A DNA stretch of 55,186 nt from a virus (taxonomy: Duplodnaviria > Caudoviricetes): IMG/VR virus record IMGVR_UViG_3300037587_000342, positions 1-55,186 of that record. One strand, written 5' to 3'. The notes beneath the pieces are model-generated. The model had not been told where the DNA came from. It did not search any database and saw only the letters and a list, made by a program, of their open reading frames with translations. Of this stretch, positions 36,878-45,483 are shown piece by piece. The translations under genes and the position numbers were made by a program. Position 1 is the first letter of the stretch; the number at the start of each line of letters is the position of its first letter.

Positions 36878-38542
36878 ATGCCGTCTCTGAACGTACCACT
36901 GGGCGATGCTCTCCCGCTGAGCCTCACTCTGCACGACGGAGCCACGGGACTCTTCCCGCGGGCCACGGTCTACGACAGCGCCGGGGCCGTGGTGTCTGGA
37001 CCAACCGACTTGACCGAGGTGGGCGCGACAGGCCGATACACGGACATGAGCTACGTGCCGACGATCCTGGACATCTATACAGTCCACTACATCACCTACA
37101 CGAATGCAGGGCACACGACAGAGAGCGCCCTGCACGGCCGCGTAGAGGACCAATTCGAGGTGAATGACCTTGAGGGCCAGATCAGCCGCATCGCCGTCAC
37201 GGGCGCGGCGATCAACCAAGTTGCGGCTTCGGTCGTGGTGACGACTGGTACGCCGTCGGGCACGCTCGAAAACACGTTCGCCCAGGACAACGCCTATCAC
37301 CAGGTAGCCGAGGCTGCCGGTGAGATCGATGTCTACTACGAGTTCGAGTTGCCGGCCGATGGCGTGCCGACGGGCACAACGTTCAACGGCCGGCTGGATC
37401 GCATTGGTGGTGCCTCTTCGGTCATCCTGGTCCAAGCCTGGAACTGGGTGACATTGCAGTGGGATGGGGTCGGCACGCTGTTCAGCGTGAACAACTCGAC
37501 CGTGCTCGACGATGAGACCACGGCCTTCGCGCTACTGACGGGACACGTCGGGACCGGGCTGAACCTGGGCCTGGTCAGGGTCCGGTTCACGCAGACGGGC
37601 TTCACGCGGTCAGAGGAGCTATTCACTGACCAGATCTTCGTGAGCTATGCGGTGGTCTTCCGTAGCGTCGGCTACGCGCAGGGCAAGATCTGGATTGACA
37701 CGATCAACGGCTCGCCTGGCACCACGCCCTTTTTCAACGGCGTCGCAGACAACCCGGTGGATAGCCTCGCGGATGCTACGGCGCTCGCGGTGGCTCTCGG
37801 GATTCGGCGGTTCGCCATCGCGCCGAGCAGCGTCATCGCGCTCGCCCAGGCTTACGATGAATACACCTTCGCTGGCGTCCACTGGTTCCTCGATCTGGGC
37901 GGCCAGTCGATCGATGAAGCGGCGTTTGCTGGAGCCGAAGTCAACGGGATCGGCGTGGCAGTCGGGCTACCGCACTTCTTCGACTGTGACGTACAGGTGG
38001 CGTCGCTGCCGTCCTGTCATCTCCATAAGTCGATCCTGGCGGGAACGCTGACGCTGGTGACTGCTGGCTTCTATCACCTCGACGCCTGCTCATCCGGAGT
38101 CGCCGGCGTCGCCACGCCAACGATCGACTTCGGCGTGGCTGTCGGCGCAACGGATCTCAACATGCGCCATTACAGCGGTGGCGTGACGCTCGAGAACATG
38201 AAGCCCGGCGACACCATGTCGCTGGAGGGCTGGGGCCAGATCATCCTCGCGGCCAGCTGCACGGGCGGCACGATCACGCTGCGCGGCCACTTCGACATCA
38301 CCGACAACTCCGGCGGTGCCGTGACGCTCGTGAAGACCACACTGATGCTCGACGAGACCGATACCGTGATGACCGGCTACAGCCAAGCTCGCGTCCTGCG
38401 ATCGATCCACGCAGCCACGTGCGGCGAGAGCGAAGGCGGGCTCGCGAACCAGAAGTTCAAGCGCGCCGACACAGACGCGGTGCAGCTGGACATGGACGCC
38501 GACGTGAACGGCGATCGCACGAGGAACAGTGAAGGCCCGTAG
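36878..38542 (+). CDS. Probable virion protein with a beta-helix-like region
   Basis: IWIDT.NG..GT...NG.ADNPV.SLADA; T/G/V-rich. Confidence 0.7.
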   Translation: MPSLNVPLGDALPLSLTLHDGATGLFPRATVYDSAGAVVSGPTDLTEVGATGRYTDMSYVPTILDIYTVHYITYTNAGHTTESALHGRVEDQFEVNDLEGQISRIAVTGAAINQVAASVVVTTGTPSGTLENTFAQDNAYHQVAEAAGEIDVYYEFELPADGVPTGTTFNGRLDRIGGASSVILVQAWNWVTLQWDGVGTLFSVNNSTVLDDETTAFALLTGHVGTGLNLGLVRVRFTQTGFTRSEELFTDQIFVSYAVVFRSVGYAQGKIWIDTINGSPGTTPFFNGVADNPVDSLADATALAVALGIRRFAIAPSSVIALAQAYDEYTFAGVHWFLDLGGQSIDEAAFAGAEVNGIGVAVGLPHFFDCDVQVASLPSCHLHKSILAGTLTLVTAGFYHLDACSSGVAGVATPTIDFGVAVGATDLNMRHYSGGVTLENMKPGDTMSLEGWGQIILAASCTGGTITLRGHFDITDNSGGAVTLVKTTLMLDETDTVMTGYSQARVLRSIHAATCGESEGGLANQKFKRADTDAVQLDMDADVNGDRTRNSEGP

Positions 38543-38983
38543 ATGGCGCTGCACTGGAAGGCCCAGTATTGGAAGGCGTTCCACTGGCGAGCCACCCACT
38601 GGCGCGGGGACATACAGGCTGCGCCCGGGGCGTTCCCGACCGACCTCTACGGAGCCCGAACAGCACAGGCCGAACTGGAGGGCGGTGCCGATGACCGGGT
38701 CGATCTGCTCGGTTCACGGACGGCGCGGACGCGGCTGGGGGGTGCAGATACCTTCAGGGCCGACCTCTACGGGAGCCGGACGGCTCGAGCCAGGTTGCTG
38801 GGCAGCGACACTGACCGGGCGGATCTGCTGGGGGCGCGCACGGCGCGGGCCGAGCTCAAGGGCTCAGACACGTTCCGGGCCGATCTGTACGGTGGCAGGA
38901 GCGAGCCGACTGACCTCGAGGGCGGGGGCGCCGACGCGGATCTGATCGGCTCCAAGGATGATGAGGAAATCGAGGGAACGTAG
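38543..38983 (+). CDS. Repeat protein (Trp pentapeptides plus 10/20-aa LxG repeats)
   Basis: HWKAQYWKAFHWRATHWRG, then DLYG/DLLG units at 60-bp period. Confidence 0.75.
   Translation: MALHWKAQYWKAFHWRATHWRGDIQAAPGAFPTDLYGARTAQAELEGGADDRVDLLGSRTARTRLGGADTFRADLYGSRTARARLLGSDTDRADLLGARTARAELKGSDTFRADLYGGRSEPTDLEGGGADADLIGSKDDEEIEGT
38638..38925 (+). repeat. Degenerate 60-bp coding tandem repeat (about 5 units)
   Basis: Units at 38641, 38701, 38761, 38821, 38881 begin cgacctctac/cgatctgctc/cgacctctac/ggatctgctg/cgatctgtac. Confidence 0.8.
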
Positions 38984-39011
38984 GCTACGGCTCGCATAGA
39001 CTGAGGGCGAC

Positions 39012-39389
39012 ATGGGCACCATCGTACGTACACGCAAGGCCGGGGCATTCGGGAAGCCGATTCCCTGGACGCTGCTCGACGGCGATGGCAACCCCGAGGA
39101 CTTCAGCACGCTCGACGGTGGGAGCCCGGTGCCGATCGGTCGCTTCACGGTGCGGCTGAAGACGCTGCCTGATGGCACGCCGGCCGATAGCGTCGGCACG
39201 ATCGTCTTCGACGACGCCGGCACTGGCCAGGACGGTAAGGTGAACTTCACGCCGGCCGATGCCGAGGTGGAAGAGGCAGATGTCGGGAAGATCCAGGCAT
39301 GGGTGGTGGTAGACATCGACGGTGCCGGCGGGCTCGAGATCTACCCGACCCGCGACGAATTTGTGATCAACTTGGAATCGGCGCTGTAG
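39012..39389 (+). CDS. BppU N-terminal-like virion protein
   Basis: TL.D.DGNP.D, G.V.F.P...E....G, E.YPT. Confidence 0.6.
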   Translation: MGTIVRTRKAGAFGKPIPWTLLDGDGNPEDFSTLDGGSPVPIGRFTVRLKTLPDGTPADSVGTIVFDDAGTGQDGKVNFTPADAEVEEADVGKIQAWVVVDIDGAGGLEIYPTRDEFVINLESAL

Positions 39390-39409
39390 CGCCAACCGGG
39401 AGGAACAGG

Positions 39410-39925
39410 ATGACCGACGAAGCTGACACCGTTGCCGAGGAGGGCCGCGCCGTACCAGTCAACGGGACGCAGATGGGGCTGCTGTGGCAGGCCCACGCGC
39501 TCAAGGGTTGCGACGACCACCAGTCGGACAAGGCGCGCATCTCGCGCAAGTTCAAGTGTCGGATGGTCACCGCCATGGTCTTCCAGCCCATACCGGGCGG
39601 GGGCTTTGCCGAGCAGGAGGATCCGCGGGGCAACAAGATCTTCGAGGAGAAGACGCACATGTTGCCGCTCACGCCAGCTGAGGCTGAGAACTTCGAGACC
39701 TTGCTGACGGAGTTGAAGAAGAAGAAGGACCCAAAGGACGGGACACCCGTGATCGACGCCACGGTGGCCGATGAAGTCGAGGACCTGGAGAAGCGCGCCT
39801 TCCTGATGTGGAAGGCCAAGGTTCCCGGTGGCAACGGGTCGGCGCCGGAACTCGAGGCCCACGAAACCCCGCTTATCGAATCCAAGGAACCGGCTGTGAC
39901 AGCCGAGGGAGGAACCGATGCGTAG
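39410..39925 (+). CDS. Hypothetical protein
   Basis: GGGAGG/AGGA RBS. Confidence 0.7.
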   Translation: MTDEADTVAEEGRAVPVNGTQMGLLWQAHALKGCDDHQSDKARISRKFKCRMVTAMVFQPIPGGGFAEQEDPRGNKIFEEKTHMLPLTPAEAENFETLLTELKKKKDPKDGTPVIDATVADEVEDLEKRAFLMWKAKVPGGNGSAPELEAHETPLIESKEPAVTAEGGTDA

Positions 39926-40214
39926 GCTCTGGCTCTTGCTGATCCTGGTCGCAGCCACGGGCTGCGGCATCACCTTCACCGAGAAGACCGTGGCGGTGGT
40001 CGAAGAGAACGTCACGGCCTGGCATCGCGTCAGTGAATTCGTGCGCGGCAACGGGCTCGCGGACGATGTCGTGCTGGCGGGCAAGACCCACGCGCAGTGG
40101 GTGAAGTACGTGCGAGGCGCACTGGCGAACGCGCTGGTGCTGCAGGCGAAGGCCCGCGGCGAGAAGATCACGTTCGTCGAGGCGCTGAACATCGCGAAGG
40201 AGGAGACGCCGTGA
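39918..40214 (+). CDS. Lipoprotein
   Basis: MRR, hydrophobic core, then lipobox ATGC. Confidence 0.75.
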   Translation: MRRLWLLLILVAATGCGITFTEKTVAVVEENVTAWHRVSEFVRGNGLADDVVLAGKTHAQWVKYVRGALANALVLQAKARGEKITFVEALNIAKEETP

Positions 40215-40528
40215 GCGACAAGCTGATCAACGCGATCGAGGCAGGGCTGGAAGGTCTGGGCAGGATCGACGTGATCCACAAGATCGTGGACCCGGCAGTC
40301 CGGACCATCGCGAAGGACATGGGCACGGCGTTCTCCAAGTCAGGCGAGGAGAAGCCCGAAGACTTCTTCTCCGAGAGCGACCCCGAGTACAACCGGATGA
40401 TCATGAAGGGCGTGGCGCTGGCGAACGAGATCAACTCCGAGATCGACTGGGCCAGCGTGCCCGGCGCGGTGCTGAAGGATGCGTTCGTGGCTCTGCGCAT
40501 GGCGGCGGCGATCTCCGCGCTGCTCTGA
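40211..40528 (+). CDS. Hypothetical protein with amphipathic C-terminus
   Basis: AGGAGGAG RBS; coupled. Confidence 0.7.
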   Translation: MSDKLINAIEAGLEGLGRIDVIHKIVDPAVRTIAKDMGTAFSKSGEEKPEDFFSESDPEYNRMIMKGVALANEINSEIDWASVPGAVLKDAFVALRMAAAISALL

Positions 40529-40540
40529 AAGGACAGACCA

Positions 40541-40819
40541 ATGGCAGAGGTTCCGACGGTGACGCTGGAAGTGACGAACCCCACCGGGCAGAAGCCCTGG
40601 TACAAGCGTGAGAAGTTCTGGCTGGGCGTGGTGATCGCCCTGGTGCCGGCCGTCAACGAAGCGACGGGGATGAACCTGAGCGGCGCGACCATCCTGCAGA
40701 TCGTTGCAGTGTTGGGCAGCGTGCTGGGTATGAAGATGCTGGCGAGCGCGGCCGCGCACGTGCAGGACAAGAAGGCCGAGGTGGAGCGAATCAAGGCCAA
40801 CGGGAGCGCACTCAAGTAG
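40541..40819 (+). CDS. Holin-like membrane protein
   Basis: KPWYK..KFW, two hydrophobic segments, charged tail. Confidence 0.7.
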   Translation: MAEVPTVTLEVTNPTGQKPWYKREKFWLGVVIALVPAVNEATGMNLSGATILQIVAVLGSVLGMKMLASAAAHVQDKKAEVERIKANGSALK

Positions 40820-40909
40820 CCAGGTGGCCGCCGGTGGAATGGTCAGATACGCAGCGACGACTACTCGCCAAGCTGGACAAGACCACCAGCAAGACCGAAT
40901 CGGCCATCC

Positions 40910-41221
40910 ATGACCGACCAGGAAATCGAGGGCCTGCTCAACCGGCTGGACGAGCGCACCGCGCGAATGGACCGCTACACGACGGAGCGGTTGGATCGGA
41001 TGGAGGCGGTGCTGCCTGTGCTGCACCTCAGGATCGACAAGAACCGGGACTCGATCGACTCGTTGAGAGGGTCCAGGCAGTTCCTGAAAGGCGCACGCGA
41101 GGGCGAGGCCTCTTCGCGGCGCTCCGGCGAATCCTCGCGGCGCTGGGCTTGGTCCACGGTGCTTGAGGTCATCGGGATCCTGGTGGCGATCGTGCTGGGC
41201 GCCCTCGCGCTGATCCTCTAG
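40910..41221 (+). CDS. Coiled-coil protein with C-terminal TM helix (XhlA-like)
   Basis: L.RLDERT coil; VIGILVAIVLGALALIL. Confidence 0.7.
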   Translation: MTDQEIEGLLNRLDERTARMDRYTTERLDRMEAVLPVLHLRIDKNRDSIDSLRGSRQFLKGAREGEASSRRSGESSRRWAWSTVLEVIGILVAIVLGALALIL

Positions 41222-41224
41222 CCG

Positions 41225-41365
41225 ATGATGCGGTCGGGGTTCCGGCCGTGGTCGCGCGGGCTGAAGGCCTCCGAGCGCCGGCTGCGACGGTGGCGGGTGG
41301 CGGCGCTGGTCGCGCTGGCCGTCGGGCTCACGGCGGCTGCGCTGCGGTTCACGGGCGTCTGGTAG
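41225..41365 (+). CDS. 46-aa basic membrane peptide
   Basis: MMRSGFRPWSRGLKASERRLRRWRVAALVALAVGLTAAALRFTGVW. Confidence 0.5.
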   Translation: MMRSGFRPWSRGLKASERRLRRWRVAALVALAVGLTAAALRFTGVW

Positions 41366-41394
41366 TTGACGGTCGCTGGGATGCCCCCTAAGAT
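41366..41394 (+). promoter_or_regulatory. Sigma70-like promoter, probably leaderless
   Basis: TTGACG-N17-TAAGAT; ATG at 41402 with no SD. Confidence 0.7.
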
Positions 41395-41401
41395 GCGTGT
41401 C

Positions 41402-41602
41402 ATGGATCCTGAGGCGTCCGACAGCCAAGTCGCGGTAGGTGACATGATCCGCTGCGAGTGGTGCGGCGAAGAGACCACAGCCGTCCGGACTACCCAGCGA
41501 TTCTGCCCCGGCGGGAAGTGCCGAGACGCCTTCCATAAGTCCGTACGCACTAAGGCGATGCGCGAGTACCGCGAGCGCCATAGCGCCGGCCGCTCCGCCT
41601 AG
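41402..41602 (+). CDS. Small Zn-finger protein
   Basis: CEWC..RFC...CR. Confidence 0.7.
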   Translation: MDPEASDSQVAVGDMIRCEWCGEETTAVRTTQRFCPGGKCRDAFHKSVRTKAMREYRERHSAGRSA

Positions 41603-41635
41603 TTCCCGAGGGGACTAGAACCGTGGGCACGGATC

Positions 41636-41644
41636 TGCTATGAT
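41636..41644 (+). promoter_or_regulatory. Extended -10 promoter
   Basis: TGcTATGAT with ATG at 41651. Confidence 0.5.
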
Positions 41645-41650
41645 CCGGGC

Positions 41651-41848
41651 ATGAGGAAGGGGGCCACAATGCCCGAGACGACGAAGGCGATCGAGTGCGA
41701 GGGCTGCCCCGGCAACGGCGAGGCGGCCACGCGGACCTACCGCGACCAGGACGGCGCGCTGGTGCGCTACTGCGACGACTGCGGCGAGTTGGCGGAGATG
41801 GGCTGGAACGGCCGCACGTACGAGCGGGTCGAGACGAAGGAGGCATAG
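41651..41848 (+). CDS. Small Zn-finger protein (start 41651 or 41669)
   Basis: CEGC..YCDDC. Confidence 0.65.
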   Translation: MRKGATMPETTKAIECEGCPGNGEAATRTYRDQDGALVRYCDDCGELAEMGWNGRTYERVETKEA

Positions 41849-41900
41849 CCATGAGCACAGCAAACACGATGGACGGGATGCGCAGGAGGAGCACGTCCAC

Positions 41901-42044
41901 GTGAAGGCCGAGCGCGTCAAGCTGCGGAAAGCTCTGGAGGCGCTGGTAGAGAGCCTAGAGTGCGACGACGGGCTCGACGAGGATCAAGAGGCAGCCTACA
42001 ACGCGGCGCTTCTGGTGCTTGCGTCCATCCCGGAGGGTCGGTAG
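41901..42044 (+). CDS. Small helical protein
   Basis: AGGAGG RBS; LRKALEALV..AYNAA. Confidence 0.5.
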   Translation: MKAERVKLRKALEALVESLECDDGLDEDQEAAYNAALLVLASIPEGR

Positions 42045-42047
42045 CCC

Positions 42048-42317
42048 GTGGCCACCGACCCCGAAGGACTCCCGTGGACCGCAGAGCGGATCGCCCACAT
42101 GCTGGAGATCCCGATCGAGGAGGCGCGCAAGATGGCCGCCGCCCCCGATCTACTGGCGGCGCTGCGTGAGTGCGAGTGGCGAGGCGGCGGCCCGGAGGAT
42201 ACGGAGCACTTCTACTGCCCGGTCTGCAAAGCGCACGATGAGGACTGCGAGAAGATCCTGCACGCCGACAACTGCAAGTTGGCCTTCGCCATCGCCAGGG
42301 CCGAGGGGAAGGCGTAA
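42048..42317 (+). CDS. Hypothetical phage protein
   Basis: AAAPDLLAAL..CPVC..H..C..AIARAEG. Confidence 0.75.
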   Translation: MATDPEGLPWTAERIAHMLEIPIEEARKMAAAPDLLAALRECEWRGGGPEDTEHFYCPVCKAHDEDCEKILHADNCKLAFAIARAEGKA

Positions 42318-42496
42318 TGCGGTGCGGCGTGTGTCGCAGTCCGCTGCGCCGCATCGGCTCTAAGCGGAAGGATTACCGCGACGCTGATGGACGGGTTTAC
42401 AAGTCGATCAACTGGCCGCGCTACGCGCCATGCCCGCGCCTCGATGATCCAGAGGCACACCCGGCGCGTGCTAAGGCCGAAGGGAGGACTCCGTGA
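42317..42496 (+). CDS. 59-aa hypothetical protein
   Basis: TAATG and GTGA coupling; CGVC. Confidence 0.55.
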   Translation: MRCGVCRSPLRRIGSKRKDYRDADGRVYKSINWPRYAPCPRLDDPEAHPARAKAEGRTP

Positions 42497-42933
42497 CCCC
42501 TAACCAGAAGAAGGCCAGAGAGATAGCGGCCGTAGCCTCACCCTGCTACTGGCCCTCTTTCGCGTCTATCTCGGTTGAGCCCGTACTTGACTGCGCCACC
42601 AAGGGCCGCGTGTTCGACAGCGAGCAGCCTCTCAACGAAGCGTGTGGTGGCTGCTACAGAGCAAGAAAGATCACCCCGACTATCCAGGCCGCCCTAGACG
42701 AGAAGGACCAGCACTACCAGCAACTCGTGAGGGAAGCCCAGAACGGCTCTGAGGGCTGTCTGCGGGCGGTCAAGAGCATGAAGATCGAAATTGATGCGAT
42801 CTGGGCCGCCCTCGGGGAGCCACCGGGCCCACCCATGAGCGGGACCGGCAAGATCAGCGCGAAGGTCGCCAAGATGCGAGAGCGGGCCGAACGAGCCGAA
42901 GCTGCTCTCGCAGCACTCAAGGAGACCACATGA
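42493..42933 (+). CDS. Hypothetical coiled-coil protein
   Basis: GGGAGG RBS; RAERAEA. Confidence 0.65.
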   Translation: MTPNQKKAREIAAVASPCYWPSFASISVEPVLDCATKGRVFDSEQPLNEACGGCYRARKITPTIQAALDEKDQHYQQLVREAQNGSEGCLRAVKSMKIEIDAIWAALGEPPGPPMSGTGKISAKVAKMRERAERAEAALAALKETT

Positions 42934-43172
42934 GCCGCCGACACAACGCCAAGCCGGGCTTCCACTCCAACCCCGAGCCGCTCGAGGAGTCCGACCCGAT
43001 GTGTCCGGGGGGCTGCGGCTGGGAGATCTCGCGCTGCGAGTGCGTCTTCGCCGCGTGTCTGTGGTGTGGGAAGGATGCCGTGCTGGATGCCGACTTCTAC
43101 TGCTCCGATTGCGAGCACCAGAAGCCGAGTCGGCCATCACCGACCGCGAAGATTCCGCAAAATAATATCTAG
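42930..43172 (+). CDS. Cys-rich small protein
   Basis: AAGGAG RBS; 8 Cys. Confidence 0.6.
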   Translation: MSRRHNAKPGFHSNPEPLEESDPMCPGGCGWEISRCECVFAACLWCGKDAVLDADFYCSDCEHQKPSRPSPTAKIPQNNI

Positions 43173-43202
43173 AGTTCCGCGAAACTTCCGCTAAGGTTTC
43201 GC
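43141..43202. repeat. 11-bp phased direct repeats around an AT-rich unit
   Basis: CGC ends at 43147, 43158, 43180, 43191, 43202; AAAATAATATC fills the missing slot. Confidence 0.75.
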
Positions 43203-43231
43203 ACATCGCCAACGTCTCACCGGGAGGGACC

Positions 43232-43483
43232 ATGGCACAGGACGGGGCGCTGCACTGGCGCCGCAAGACCGCCGATCAGCGCGAGCGCAGCGACTTGACG
43301 CTGCGGCTGCTGAAGCTGAACGGGATGTACCCGCGCCCGGTGGCCTCTGTGCGGTTCCACAAGTCCGGGATCACGATTCGGGTGGGACACGAGAGCGTGC
43401 TGGTTGACACGTTGCGGGAGGCGTCGCGGCTGATCGAGGGGGTACTGGCAGGCGCGCGATTGGAGCGCGCCGAGGAGGTGTGA
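43232..43483 (+). CDS. Hypothetical protein
   Basis: GGGAGG RBS. Confidence 0.7.
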   Translation: MAQDGALHWRRKTADQRERSDLTLRLLKLNGMYPRPVASVRFHKSGITIRVGHESVLVDTLREASRLIEGVLAGARLERAEEV

Positions 43484-44247
43484 TGGCAGATCTGAACCTA
43501 GTCCCGTTGGACGCTCCAGCGATGGAGCTCAGGCACTTCGCCGGAGACGAGGGCCAGCGTCGGATGATCGCGCTTGCCAACGAGTTCAAGGCGGTCTGCG
43601 AGAACCGCGTGAAGCGCGGCGAGAAACCCTGGATCGTGAAGATCGGCGACGGTCAGCACGCGCGCATCGAGGCGTGGCAGTACATCGGCCAGCGTGCCGG
43701 CGTCACAACGCGATGGGTCGCGAGCCACGACGTACGCCATCCCAAGACCGGGGAGTACGAGGGCTGCAGTTCGACGATGGAGGCGATCCTGATCGCCACG
43801 GGCCAGCCCATCACCAGCGCGCAGTGCGACTGCTACGCCGACGAGGTGCAGAAGAAGAAAAAGGGCGGCGGGCTGTTCAAGCGGTGGCTGGACCCCGAGG
43901 GCAAGCCCAATCGCCAGGCCATCAAGGGCATGTCACAGACTCGAGCGGCGTCGCGTGCGCTGGCAGCTGCGCTGCGGTTCCTCGTTGAAATGGCGGGCTA
44001 CGACGGCACTCCGGCCGAGGAGATGGACGGGGTCGATACCGGGCCTCCCAAGCCCGCTCCGGTCCAGGAGCCCCAGGCCACCAGCAACGGCGACGCCCCG
44101 AGTTGGAGGGAGATGAACGCGAGGTTCGACAGCCAGTGCCATCACTGCGGCGCAGAGATCAAGAAGGACGATCCGATCCTCTCCGGCAACGGCAAGTCCA
44201 TCCATCCGAAGTGCAAGGCCGATTTCGAAGCGGGCGAAGACTTTTGA
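43483..44247 (+). CDS. Putative ssDNA-annealing recombinase with a C-terminal Zn ribbon
   Basis: EAWQ..G, MSQTRA.SRA, TPAEEM; adjacent to exonuclease; CHHC..HPKC. Confidence 0.65.
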   Translation: MADLNLVPLDAPAMELRHFAGDEGQRRMIALANEFKAVCENRVKRGEKPWIVKIGDGQHARIEAWQYIGQRAGVTTRWVASHDVRHPKTGEYEGCSSTMEAILIATGQPITSAQCDCYADEVQKKKKGGGLFKRWLDPEGKPNRQAIKGMSQTRAASRALAAALRFLVEMAGYDGTPAEEMDGVDTGPPKPAPVQEPQATSNGDAPSWREMNARFDSQCHHCGAEIKKDDPILSGNGKSIHPKCKADFEAGEDF

Positions 44248-44852
44248 GCCTCACGTTCAACGAGGAGGAGCACGTCTACCGCTGGCAGGGCCGAGTCGTG
44301 CCCTCCGTCACGGCTGTCATCGCGGCGGCCGGCTGCATGGGCGACCTCTCGTTCATCGATCCTTGGTACATGCGCCGGGGCACCGCGCTCCACAAGGCGA
44401 CCAAGCTGTGGGACGAGGGACGGCTCGACGAAGCGACAGTGGACCCAGCGATTGCCCCGCATCTCAGAGCTTGGCGTGAATTCGTGACGATGAATCGGGC
44501 CGATCTTGAGATCCTGGAGAGCGAGCACCCGCGGTACAACGCGACGTACGGCTATGCAGGGACACCAGACAGAATCGCACTGTGGCGTGGGAAGCTGGCC
44601 GTGATCGACTTGAAGGCCGGCGGCAAGATGCCGTTCCACGCTCTGCAACTCAGCGGATATGCCGGCATGATCGATGACTGCGAGGTGCGCCTCGCGGTGC
44701 ATCTTGGTGGTGATGAGAGATGGAAGCTGGAGACCTACGCCGACCGAGGCGATTGGCAGGTCTTCACGAGCGCGCTCGCCCTGTACCAGTGGAAGGAACG
44801 CAACGGGCTCAAGCCCGGGAAGGCAGCGAACAATGGTGGTCGAGACAACTGA
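44244..44852 (+). CDS. PD-(D/E)XK exonuclease (Cas4/RecB-like)
   Basis: PSVT, GTALH, YAGTPD, IDLK, QLSGY. Confidence 0.88.
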   Translation: MSLTFNEEEHVYRWQGRVVPSVTAVIAAAGCMGDLSFIDPWYMRRGTALHKATKLWDEGRLDEATVDPAIAPHLRAWREFVTMNRADLEILESEHPRYNATYGYAGTPDRIALWRGKLAVIDLKAGGKMPFHALQLSGYAGMIDDCEVRLAVHLGGDERWKLETYADRGDWQVFTSALALYQWKERNGLKPGKAANNGGRDN

Positions 44853-45483
44853 GATCGAGAGCGATGCGACGGCGCTGGTCGAGCGCAGCGAGCAGATCGT
44901 GGTAGAGGACGCGCCCAGCTACGAGGTAGCTGGCGAGTTCCTTCTCGGGGTCAAGGCGTACCAGAAGAACGTCCGTGACCTCTTCCGGCCCCACAAGCAG
45001 GCCGCGAACAAGGTCCACAAAGGCCTCTGTGACGATGAGAGCAAGCACCTGAAGGCCCCAGACAAGGCCGAGAAAATCGTGAAGGGCCGGATGGGCACGT
45101 GGAAGGAGGCAGAGGAGCGCGCAGCCGCCGAGGAGCGTCGGATCGCAGAGGCCAAGGCCCGCGAGGAAGCCGAAAAGGCGCAACTCGCAGAAGCCGAGGC
45201 AGCAGAGGCGGCCGGCAGGAAGGCCGAGGCCGATGCAATCCTCGAGCGTCCGACCGAAGTGGCGCCGGTAGCGACCAGGCGTGCAGTGCCCCAGGTCGCC
45301 GGCATCAAGCACACGAAGCGGTGGACCTGCGAGGTCATCGAAGGCGAGGAGGACTTGATCCCGCGTGAGTTCATGCTGATCGACATGGTGAAGCTCCGGA
45401 GGTACGCCACGACCATGAGGGAGCAGGCGAAGGTGACTGGCGTGCGGTTCTTCCAGACCGGTGGCGTGGCGGCCGGGCGGTGA
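44833..45483 (+). CDS. Coiled-coil protein of the recombination module
   Basis: A/E-rich coil; IPREF..ID...GVRF C-terminus. Confidence 0.75.
   Translation: MVVETTEIESDATALVERSEQIVVEDAPSYEVAGEFLLGVKAYQKNVRDLFRPHKQAANKVHKGLCDDESKHLKAPDKAEKIVKGRMGTWKEAEERAAAEERRIAEAKAREEAEKAQLAEAEAAEAAGRKAEADAILERPTEVAPVATRRAVPQVAGIKHTKRWTCEVIEGEEDLIPREFMLIDMVKLRRYATTMREQAKVTGVRFFQTGGVAAGR

Noticed and set aside
38638-38925. CRISPR array (60-bp periodicity)
   Set aside because: Units are degenerate at third codon positions within an ORF; no constant repeat with unique spacers.
41851-42044. Frameshifted gene joining the 17-codon ORF 41851..41904 to 41901..42044
   Set aside because: The GTGA overlap and an AGGAGG RBS explain it as ordinary coupling; cannot be separated from a sequencing indel without reads.
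44244-44852. Cas4 as part of a CRISPR system
   Set aside because: No Fe-S Cys cluster, cas genes or array; context is a phage SSAP-exonuclease pair.
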